A stretch of DNA of 50,737 bases from Candidatus Woesearchaeota archaeon. Lineage in GTDB: Archaea > Nanobdellota > Nanobdellia > Pacearchaeales > GW2011-AR1. The notes below the pieces were generated by a model. That model did no database searches. It saw only the letters and a list, made by a program, of their open reading frames with translations, and was not told where the DNA came from. Position 1 is the first letter of the stretch, and every line of letters starts with the position of its first letter. The stretch covers positions 1 through 50,737 of the forward strand of contig CAYIRC010000001.1 of assembly GCA_964365855.1 (NCBI GenBank), in the 5' to 3' direction. Both the position numbers and the translations under genes were made by a program. Of the stretch, positions 9,942 to 18,125 are shown piece after piece.

Positions 9942-12900
9942 TCATATATTACTACAACTCGTAGTCACCTTGACAGATCCAGAAGAGCTTGTATTAAAGA
10001 AAAATGTCCCGCTCAAGAAAGTTAGATTAAAGCTTAAGTTTCCTGAATTATAATTTCCATCTTCAATATCACTAACAGGTATCTGATAGCTGAATAAGCT
10101 CCCGGCAGTTACTTCTTTATCTCCAATAGTTTCTATTGAAGGAGCATTGTTTGTTTCAATAACACTGATATTAAATAATCTGCTGTCAGAAAGAATCTGT
10201 GTTCCATCATCCGAGACATTAAGCACCTTGCTGTAATTTGCCACATGACTCTTTGTCAAAACTCCAGAGAATAAGTCTACAGAAGAAGAGCTTTTCCCTG
10301 AAATCGATGAAACTGAAAGAAAGAAAGGATTTGTGCTTGATAAGCTCAATGTTAAAGTATCAGAATCATAATTTATTACAGTAAAGCTTTGCGTAAAAGC
10401 ACTGCTCTCACAGGCATAAAACTGCGAAGCAACTGTTCCTAAAACAGGCGCAGTATTAGATAAAGTAATTACATCACTAAGCCTGTTTCCCAAAAAGTTA
10501 AAGCTGTAATTATTGTAATACCGTGCATTATCTACAAAAACTGTATAATTTGAATAATTGCTCTTAAATCCAGAACTATTTTGAGAGTATTGCACTAACT
10601 CTCCTTTGTTAGTTAAGCCGCTTGCATTTGTTGTTAAGTTAGTAACATAATGATTAGATATATTATAAGCTGTTACATTCACCCCTGCTATCCCTGCGCC
10701 AAAACTGTCATTTACATACAACTGATAATACCAATTTCTTTTAATATAAGCATTTAACCCTGAAGCAAAGCTAATACTTGTATAATTTGAATTAACAACA
10801 GTTAAATCAGCATTATTTTCTATAATTATATCTCCACCTCCTGCACTAACTTCAGAAATATTAGAATCCTCAATTCGTGCTCCAGAAGCATAAACATGTA
10901 AATTTGCCAGCCCATTTTCATAAGCACTGTTTCTGATTCGTGAATTTGAAATCGTTAAATTAGGCGCAAGTAATACGACACCGCTATATCCTAATGTCAC
11001 TGTATTGTTATTAAATACTAAGCTGGAACTATTTATTGAAATTCCTTGCTGATATGGATTCAGAGAATTTCCAGCATAACCTATAAATGAGTTATTTATT
11101 ATTATACTAGACCCTCTTTCAGCATAAAAATAATAGGGATAGGTATTTCTGGAAGTCATATTTGAATAATTAAGTATTAAAGCGCCTGTTCCAGATATCG
11201 AAATAGTTCGGTCATAGTTATTATAAGGTAAAATTTCCATAGTGCAACTATCAATATTTAACTGATTAGTAACATTAATGCTGAAATTGGCTATATATCT
11301 GCAAGGCCTTGACGCATCAGAAATATTTGCAAAGCCATTGGAGTCATTTACATTAGCAAAAATATCATGCAATGTTTGCGGAGTATCAACAACATAAGTG
11401 CCATATTCTAAGCCAATGCTTTGAGATTCACTCGTGTTGCTTGAAATGCTTAATACTTTAGTCGTGAAAGGTGTGAAAATTGTTTGGGTGTCAAAAGCAT
11501 TATAAAAAATTGCTGTTCCATTTCTGGTATATTTTGTAATACTGCCAAAGCTGATTAATCCGCTTGCTGGAGTTGTTGAACTAGCAAGAACTGTTCCAGA
11601 AGAATTTCTTACATTAACTAACGCATTGTTTATCGGCGTCTTAGCCGCAGACCTTGTAACATTTACATTTAAATAAATTTTTCTTATCAACTGCGAGCCG
11701 GAAGCAACCCATTCAAGTGATTCATTATAAGTTGAATTTAAGAAAGTTGCATTTGATGTAGCAGTTAAAAAAGTGTCATTTTTACTGGCACCGCGCAATA
11801 TAACATTTGTAAACGTTAAATTTTTACTTCCTGTCGCATAGATAATATTGCTCTTAGAAACATTGACAAGCCCAAAAGTAAAATTATTATTATTGCTTGA
11901 ACTTAGATAAATCGAGCCTTCTGAAGTAGAAGTTGTAGTCGCATTCCACAAATTATTATTTACAAATGTATTATTTGAGCTTGAACTAATATAAATATTA
12001 ACGCTGTTTAGATTAATTGTATTATTTAACATAGTAGCTTCGCTTGTCCCCTGAGTGAGATAAAGCCCATAATACTGCCCTATAAGAGTATTATTTAAAA
12101 TATAAGACCTATCTGCATTATTTAATAGGATTCCATAACCCCCTGCTGCATTTTTCATAGTGATATTTGAATTTATTACAGTTGTATTTGCTCTGTTAGA
12201 ATTCACGCCAGAAAATGCACCAGAAGTTGCTTTTATTGTTACTCCGTCAATTGTAACATTCTGAGCTATAACATTAATGGCATTATAGCCATTATCATTA
12301 AGAATTGTATTTTGAATTAAAATACCAGAAGTTCTTTCAGGAGACACTGCACCAATATAAATTCCACTTTGTGTATTATTATTTATAGTTCCGCCTTTGA
12401 TAGAAACATTTACAGAATCACTTATATAAATGCCATACGCTAAACTAAAACTAGTTGTAGTATTTATTATACTGGTGTTATCAGAAGTCCCAACATCAAT
12501 TCCATAATTATTTGAATTTATAGTGGAATTAATTATTTTTGAATTATAAGTTTTATAAAAAAGTACTCCTCTACTATTTCCCGCAGACAAATTCAAATCT
12601 TGGATAGTTATATTATTGCATAATGGGCAATACACTATTCCAGCGCTTGAAGTAGTTGTAAGATTGAAATCAGCATTAGAAATACTGTAATTATAATATA
12701 CTTTTTTATTACTGCTCACCAAATTATTAGAAGTAATCGTATTGTTATAATTCTGATTTGAAGTAGAGACTATAACTAGATCATTACCTCCTGCTGTGCC
12801 GCTGATATTATTATTTACAATTATATTTTGCGCGCCGTCATTAATTTGAAGCCCGCCAGTAGAGCCGCTGGACTTTATGGTATTGTTAATTGCTTGATTA

Positions 12901-15900
12901 GAATTCGAACTGAATATTCCCAATCCCTCGCCGCAGCTGCTAATGGTATTATTTATAGCAAGGTTGCTATTTGAACTGCTGTCAAATTGTAAGCAGTCAT
13001 TAGGCGCAGTAAGAACACTATTCTCTATTTTATTTGAGCCAGAACTATAAAGCCTTATGCCATATCCGCTTCCAGAACTTGCCATGGTGCTAGTCACATT
13101 GTTGTTATTGCTTCCAAAAAGATAAATCCCGCTTCCACTGCTAGCCCCATTTGAGTTCGCAGTATTATTATGTATCACATTATACTCACTTGAGCTTAAC
13201 TTAATTCCAAATATGTCATTTGAATTAGCAATATTATTTGTAATATTATTTCTATTAGAGCCTTCTAAAGCAATTCCGCTTCCAGAACTTGTGCCACTGC
13301 CAATATTAGCATCTAAATTATTATTATGGCTGGATTCCAGATAAATTCCATTTTGTGAATTTGAGTTTGCGGTGTTGTTAATTAAGGTATTATTATTTGA
13401 ATTTTGTATGTAAATTCCATTTTGTGAATTTGAGTTTGCAGTATTTCTTGTTATTTTATTCAATGTACCACCATAAATATACACTGCATAAATGTTTGAG
13501 CTTGCAGTATTATTATAAATCATGCCATTTACTCCGCCAGTCAGATAAATTCCAATAGCATTTCCATTTATAGTATTATTCTCAATGCTTAGATTATACC
13601 CTGCTGCATAAATTCCATAGTATTGTGTGTTTAGAGTGTTGTTGATTACAAAAGATGCATTTGCAGAATCAAGTTTTATTGCTGAATTGAAAATCATTGT
13701 ATTTCCAGTTGTTATATTGCAATTTCTAACAGTTGTATTTTTGTATTTTGAATAAACTCCTGGAACTGTCAAGGAAGTATTATATATTGAATATCCTGCA
13801 CAATTCAAAGTTACATTTTCAGCTTGAATGTCTATGCATCCAGATGTCCCAGCATCAGGCAGAACATTTTCATTGAGAATGCTTTGGTTCATGCTATAAA
13901 CTCCTGAAAAAGTTATTGCCCCGCATGCATATACTGGATTTGTATCAAGAGTATAAGTGGGGTCAAAAATATAATCCAGTTCAATATTCCCTAAAACCTT
14001 CAAATCAAAAGTGCCATAGCTTTCATTTTCGCTTAAATTGCTCAAATAAATCTTATGCCATTCCTCATCAGAAATATTTTCAAAGCTTGCAATAACATCA
14101 TTTCCATTTTCAGTATAAACCTCAATTTCAGAATTATTTCCTCTCGCAAAAATAGTAATATCATTCTGGTTAGTTAAATTGCTTTCAAAACTAACTCTCA
14201 CATACTCTCCATTGCCAATAACCTCGCTCCAGTTATTATCTAAGGCTTTGACAGAATCATAAATATCAGAAATAAAAGTCCTGTTGCTGTCAAGGTGCTG
14301 TGCTTTTGTAATATAAATTATCTCATAAGTCTGATTTGAAAGATGAGGTACAACCCACTCAACATAATCAATAAACCCATCGCTATTTAGGTCATAAGCA
14401 TCAAACGTAACCTCTTGTTTCACAGGAGATTTATTGCTGATAAAATTCTTCAAGCTCTTATTAGCAGTTTCAGTCTCATTAATTGCTCCGCTTGTTTCTT
14501 CAATCAGAGTTTGTTCTGCAACATCCTCAACATTTTTTATGCTTTCATTTTCAGCATCATAATTATACCAATAAAGCTTAATCTTAAACTGGTCTTTAAC
14601 AAGAACCCGATTATCCAATCCAGTATGCGCAATTACATCAGTATAATTCAACTCGCTTAAAGCCGATATTGTTATTCTTTTGCCAAAAGTTAAATTTTCT
14701 TCAAATGCCTCTGGAGCAGGTGTATAATATTCAACAAGATAAGAAGTTGCATTCTCTTTAAGCGTAACTTCAACATTTGCAGAATTATTTGTTGAATTTG
14801 AAGAATCTAAAAGAGAAAAGCCAGTTATGCGTTTAAACAAACTGCTGAATAAGTTGCTTATCCAATAAATCAAACCCTTATTTTCACTTTCAGAAATAGC
14901 ACTTCCTGTAATTCCTCTTATTTCAGCATTGCTTTTCTTTTCAACTCCCTCTTCAACTTTAACAACCGAAATATTCTTGGCATTAGAAGGTAATTCTATA
15001 GTGAGCTTTTCAGGATTCACAAAAGAAATGTTCTTAATCCATTTTACAGGTTCGCCAACTTTTATTTTATTTCTTAAAGTTATTATATTTATATTACCTG
15101 ACGATACTAAAATATTAAATTCATTGCTCTCAAGACTTTCATTTCCATTGTATCCATTTATCTTGGCTTTTCTTGCACCCTTAAATCCATTTTCAGGACT
15201 CAAGCTCATTAAATTTCCTGAAAGTTCAGATATTATATTAGAAGCGCTTAAGCTATAATTTAAAGCATTTTCAAAATAATTATTTAAGTCTAAAACATAA
15301 CTCGCATTTTGAGCTATTCTGATTGTAGGAATATCCTGAATAAGTTTAATGCTTGAATTAGAAATATTGCTTTCAATAATTAAAGTGCTGGTCTCATTGC
15401 CCATAATATCTAATGTCTCATTTCCAATTGTTAAGTTAGATTCATTTGAGCCATTATTTGTAACATTAAAAAATGTAGCATTCTCAGGAGTTTGGTTATT
15501 TATTGCAGTTTGGGAGCCAGTATCATTAAAGATGCTGCTTTTATTAGATTCTAAACTGCTAGTTGTTCCACCATTATATTCATTCAAATTAGAAGCAGTA
15601 TTCTCTTGTTCACTTTGTAAATTCGCATTGTTATCAGCAATCACCTCAGTTGCATTACTCTCTCCAACAACCATTTGCTCTACAATATTTTTTGTTTCTT
15701 CAACAATCGTTTTTCCAGTAAAGGTAAGATATGCAAAATTTGCAATCACAAAACAAGCCAGAATTATAATAAAAAATTGTAGAGCAACTGATTTTTTATT
15801 AGGAAGTTTAGTGCCAATGTACCTTTTTTTAACGCTGTCTCCGTCACGATAAGACTCATAATAATAAGGACCATGCAATCTGCCATTTTTTCTTATAAAC

Positions 15901-15914
15901 CTCTTGTAAACCAT
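9942..15914 (-). CDS. giant adhesin-like protein: N-terminal basic motif plus TM, EF-hand-like loop, long parallel beta-helix (PbH1/NosD-like) region, C-terminal Ig/cadherin-like domains
   Basis: ATG at 15914 (track start 15923 is TTG). MVYKRFIRKNGRLHGPYYYESYRDG then TM (FFIIILACFVIANFAYL). DLNSDGFIDYVE loop at 14358..14393. Tens of 22-23-aa coils of type NNTxxSNxxxGIYL. Later NNAPSIE-type domain linkers. Ends at TGA with no C-terminal anchor. Confidence 0.8.
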   Translation of the reverse strand: MVYKRFIRKNGRLHGPYYYESYRDGDSVKKRYIGTKLPNKKSVALQFFIIILACFVIANFAYLTFTGKTIVEETKNIVEQMVVGESNATEVIADNNANLQSEQENTASNLNEYNGGTTSSLESNKSSIFNDTGSQTAINNQTPENATFFNVTNNGSNESNLTIGNETLDIMGNETSTLIIESNISNSSIKLIQDIPTIRIAQNASYVLDLNNYFENALNYSLSASNIISELSGNLMSLSPENGFKGARKAKINGYNGNESLESNEFNILVSSGNINIITLRNKIKVGEPVKWIKNISFVNPEKLTIELPSNAKNISVVKVEEGVEKKSNAEIRGITGSAISESENKGLIYWISNLFSSLFKRITGFSLLDSSNSTNNSANVEVTLKENATSYLVEYYTPAPEAFEENLTFGKRITISALSELNYTDVIAHTGLDNRVLVKDQFKIKLYWYNYDAENESIKNVEDVAEQTLIEETSGAINETETANKSLKNFISNKSPVKQEVTFDAYDLNSDGFIDYVEWVVPHLSNQTYEIIYITKAQHLDSNRTFISDIYDSVKALDNNWSEVIGNGEYVRVSFESNLTNQNDITIFARGNNSEIEVYTENGNDVIASFENISDEEWHKIYLSNLSENESYGTFDLKVLGNIELDYIFDPTYTLDTNPVYACGAITFSGVYSMNQSILNENVLPDAGTSGCIDIQAENVTLNCAGYSIYNTSLTVPGVYSKYKNTTVRNCNITTGNTMIFNSAIKLDSANASFVINNTLNTQYYGIYAAGYNLSIENNTINGNAIGIYLTGGVNGMIYNNTASSNIYAVYIYGGTLNKITRNTANSNSQNGIYIQNSNNNTLINNTANSNSQNGIYLESSHNNNLDANIGSGTSSGSGIALEGSNRNNITNNIANSNDIFGIKLSSSEYNVIHNNTANSNGASSGSGIYLFGSNNNNVTSTMASSGSGYGIRLYSSGSNKIENSVLTAPNDCLQFDSSSNSNLAINNTISSCGEGLGIFSSNSNQAINNTIKSSGSTGGLQINDGAQNIIVNNNISGTAGGNDLVIVSTSNQNYNNTITSNNLVSSNKKVYYNYSISNADFNLTTTSSAGIVYCPLCNNITIQDLNLSAGNSRGVLFYKTYNSKIINSTINSNNYGIDVGTSDNTSIINTTTSFSLAYGIYISDSVNVSIKGGTINNNTQSGIYIGAVSPERTSGILIQNTILNDNGYNAINVIAQNVTIDGVTIKATSGAFSGVNSNRANTTVINSNITMKNAAGGYGILLNNADRSYILNNTLIGQYYGLYLTQGTSEATMLNNTINLNSVNIYISSSSNNTFVNNNLWNATTTSTSEGSIYLSSSNNNNFTFGLVNVSKSNIIYATGSKNLTFTNVILRGASKNDTFLTATSNATFLNSTYNESLEWVASGSQLIRKIYLNVNVTRSAAKTPINNALVNVRNSSGTVLASSTTPASGLISFGSITKYTRNGTAIFYNAFDTQTIFTPFTTKVLSISSNTSESQSIGLEYGTYVVDTPQTLHDIFANVNDSNGFANISDASRPCRYIANFSINVTNQLNIDSCTMEILPYNNYDRTISISGTGALILNYSNMTSRNTYPYYFYAERGSSIIINNSFIGYAGNSLNPYQQGISINSSSLVFNNNTVTLGYSGVVLLAPNLTISNSRIRNSAYENGLANLHVYASGARIEDSNISEVSAGGGDIIIENNADLTVVNSNYTSISFASGLNAYIKRNWYYQLYVNDSFGAGIAGVNVTAYNISNHYVTNLTTNASGLTNKGELVQYSQNSSGFKSNYSNYTVFVDNARYYNNYSFNFLGNRLSDVITLSNTAPVLGTVASQFYACESSAFTQSFTVINYDSDTLTLSLSSTNPFFLSVSSISGKSSSSVDLFSGVLTKSHVANYSKVLNVSDDGTQILSDSRLFNISVIETNNAPSIETIGDKEVTAGSLFSYQIPVSDIEDGNYNSGNLSFNLTFLSGTFFFNTSSSGSVKVTTSCSNI
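13342..13439 (-). repeat. in-gene 29-nt perfect direct repeat with 69-nt period (beta-helix coil duplication)
   Basis: taaattccattttgtgaatttgagtttgc occurs at 13342..13370 and 13411..13439. It encodes NTANSNSQNGIY twice. Confidence 0.8.
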
Positions 15915-16006
15915 GTGGAACAACTCTTTTTATAGTTAAAGATTAGAAAAAAAGAATATATTTAAATTTACCGCAATTTTGCTTGCTTGTATAAATTAAA
16001 ATCATC

Positions 16007-16038
16007 GTCAAGCATCTTGACATAAAAAGGTTTAAATA
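16007..16038 (+). promoter_or_regulatory. palindrome GTCAAGCATCTTGAC, then 9 nt, then TATA box TTTAAATA, 22 nt before the ATG at 16061
   Basis: Read directly: palindrome 16007..16021, TATA 16031..16038. Same architecture as 32499..32531. Confidence 0.6.
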
Positions 16039-16060
16039 TCAATTAAAGGTAATTATAATC

Positions 16061-17212
16061 ATGCAAAATCAAGCTTTAAACACTAAAGTTGCATTAAAAA
16101 AGAATTATAAAGTTTTTACTCTTGCATTTTTATCTCTGGTTTTGTTGGTTGCTTCAGTCTATGGTGTAACCGCTGCAACAATAAATGTTGACAACACCCA
16201 AGACGTTGCAGCAATTAACACTGTAATAGCTTCATCTAATCCCGGCGACACGATTAATTTCAAAGCCGGAACTTATCAGCACGAATTAGGCGAATTTTAT
16301 GTATTTATAGGTGACAGAGATTATACTTTCGAAGATGGAACAACAATTAAAGGTATCGACCTTTCAGTAGGAATGATATTTCAAGTTATTGGCTCAAATA
16401 TACATATAAAAGGCACTGGTACAGTTAAATTAGAAAATACACAAAAAATAGGAGTTTTCGGTGATTCTGCCTTTAGTATTCCATATACAAACATTACAGT
16501 CGAAGGTTTAATAAGCCAAGCATCTAACGAGCATTATAGATGGTTGAATATTAGAAATACTGAAGATAGAATAGCTCCAGATATTAAATTTTCAAATATG
16601 ATTTTAATTGGAGGAATAACAGGATTCCACTTTCAGAGTCTAGGCAGAGGGATTAAAGACACAAAATCACCTTATATTTCACTAGACCATATCACAGCAG
16701 ACGGAGTACAAACAATCCTTGTTGATTTATTCTCAATATATGATTTAAATAATAATGTAGTAATAATTGGAGATAATGATATAACAAATATTGCGCTATT
16801 AAACACTCAGGCAATTGTAAGCGAGGGTCTTTGGCAGTATTTCCACTCTCCAAGCAATGTTGCCCAAGATTTAAATGTAACCTTCCCTTATATCAATCCA
16901 GCTAAAAATGACTTTGTTACAGCTGATATGAAACTAACAACAGGCTATACTCCTTCCCAAATATCCCCATTAGTTATTAGAGACGCAAGCGGAAAAATGA
17001 AAGGCTATATAGGAGCAGTTGCTCCAAAGTTAGCAAGTGTAGATGTTAATGGTGACAAAAAAATCAATATTTTAGACTTAATAGGAATAAGAAATCATCT
17101 AAATACAGATGTAAAAGTTGGAGATAACTGGAAATCTGATGTTAATAACGACATGAAGATTAATATTTTAGATTTAATAGCTGTAAGAAACCGATTAAAT
17201 ACAACACCGTAA
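16061..17212 (+). CDS. secreted beta-helix-like protein with C-terminal dockerin module
   Basis: Signal/TM LAFLSLVLLVASVYGVTAA. Two dockerin type-I-like Ca-binding repeats, DVNGDKKINILDLIGIRNHLN and DVNNDMKINILDLIAVRNRLN (about 17042..17203). Own TATA at 16031..16038. Confidence 0.8.
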   Translation: MQNQALNTKVALKKNYKVFTLAFLSLVLLVASVYGVTAATINVDNTQDVAAINTVIASSNPGDTINFKAGTYQHELGEFYVFIGDRDYTFEDGTTIKGIDLSVGMIFQVIGSNIHIKGTGTVKLENTQKIGVFGDSAFSIPYTNITVEGLISQASNEHYRWLNIRNTEDRIAPDIKFSNMILIGGITGFHFQSLGRGIKDTKSPYISLDHITADGVQTILVDLFSIYDLNNNVVIIGDNDITNIALLNTQAIVSEGLWQYFHSPSNVAQDLNVTFPYINPAKNDFVTADMKLTTGYTPSQISPLVIRDASGKMKGYIGAVAPKLASVDVNGDKKINILDLIGIRNHLNTDVKVGDNWKSDVNNDMKINILDLIAVRNRLNTTP

Positions 17213-17266
17213 GTTATTAATAAATATCTATCCCTATCTTTCCATTCACTGTTGAATAATAGTATT

Positions 17267-17697
17267 TTATGCCCTCTTTTTTGAAATTTCAAACTTAATC
17301 TTTCCTGAATAATTGCCAAAGGGCATGTCTTCTGGAACATCTAGTCTAACTGAAATAGAAGAGCTTTATTTATGCCTAAAATAATATCAGGCTGAAAGTA
17401 CAAAAATCCACTTATGCCTTTGCTGACTAAAGCTTTTACTTGTATTGAAAAATTATAGCGATTATAAATAAAAACATTCCTTGTAGAAGAGCTTCCTGGG
17501 GTAAGTTGGCCAAAATTTAGTAAGCTGTTATTTAAATTAAATCCTGGAGTATTGCCTACCTGAAAATTGACATTTAAAGTAAGTGTTTCAACTGGTTTTA
17601 AAAACAAAAGAGAGATAGAAAATATTAGAAGCAAACAACTAATTAAAAGTAGGGCATACACGCGAAATTTAGGGTTAAACGGTTTTTCAGGCATCAT
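17267..17697 (-). pseudogene. small TM-anchored Ig/CARDB-like surface protein, frameshifted near its 3' end
   Basis: ORF 17341..17697 (TM, then NFGQLTPGSSSTRNVFIYN beta-sandwich-like sequence) stops at TAG 17341..17343. The -1 frame continues from about 17366 as SSSISVRLDVPEDMPFGNYSGKIKFEISKKRA to a stop at 17267..17269, a typical end for such a domain. Track ORF 17095..17340 in the original frame looks like noise. Confidence 0.5.
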
Positions 17698-17735
17698 GTT
17701 TATTTTTTAATTTTTTAAGTCATATAATAGGCAGT

Positions 17736-17834
17736 CTATATGCCCTTAAACTTTAAGCCACCAACTCTCTTATTTCTATACAAATACAAACCATAAATCT
17801 TGCCATTCTTTCTTGTATATTTCTCGTACACCAC
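17736..17834 (-). CDS. 32-codon ORF carrying the same N-terminal motif as the giant adhesin; likely a detached 5' fragment of the decayed gene downstream
   Basis: GTG GTG TAC... translates to VVYEKYTRKNGKIYGLYLYRNKRVGGLKFKGI-stop. Compare MVYKRFIRKNGRLHGPYYYESYRDG at 15914. It is not in continuous frame with the ATG at 17697. Confidence 0.3.
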   Translation of the reverse strand: MVYEKYTRKNGKIYGLYLYRNKRVGGLKFKGI

Positions 17835-17900
17835 TCTTATAGGATAACCTCTCTTACAACTAAGAATTAAAAGAAAAAGTGAATTTATAAGTATTTCTCT

Positions 17901-18080
17901 AAATCACAAAGTCCTTGAGTTTGTTCGTGGACTTTGGGAGACAGAAAATAAAACGACAGGCATAACTCCAGCTTAAAAGCAGGAGTTTGTTTTCTGTATC
18001 ACAAAACCCTGAAGAGTTTCGTGGTTTTGTGAGAACCGAGAAAATCTACACCATAGACTCCCCAATGAATTGTAGATTTT
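17901..18080. other. cluster of four consecutive hairpins in a 428-bp intergenic region (possible structured RNA or repeat array)
   Basis: H1 stem 17907..17914 / 17929..17936. H2 outer stem 17941..17948 / 17990..17997 with inner stem 17964..17969 / 17982..17987. H3 stem 18000..18008 / 18023..18031. H4 stem 18041..18050 / 18071..18080. Confidence 0.5.
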
Positions 18081-18125
18081 AACGTGTATTCAATTTCCCC
18101 ATAAAATCAAGTAAAACTAGTTCTC

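Noticed and set aside
9942-9944. The in-frame TGA might be selenocysteine or a reassigned codon.
   Set aside because: TGA is used as a normal stop by other well-supported genes here, e.g. 35277..35279 (Hef helicase) and 39538..39540 (DRG GTPase). No SECIS-like element or Sec machinery is seen. A nonsense mutation, an assembly error or readthrough remain possible.
13342-13439. A 29-nt perfect repeat with 69-nt spacing inside the giant gene might be a regulatory or recombination element.
   Set aside because: The period equals one 23-aa beta-helix coil, and both copies encode the same coil consensus. A recent coil duplication explains it.
17901-18080. The hairpin cluster might be RNase P RNA or SRP RNA (AAAGTCC- and ACAGAAA-like strings).
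   Set aside because: I could not find the full conserved blocks: no GAGGAAAGTCC-type CR-I with partner CR-V, and no SRP helix-8 GGAA/AGCA motifs. The region is far more AT-rich than typical structural RNAs, and hairpin H1 recurs elsewhere, which points to a repeat family. A cmscan would settle it.
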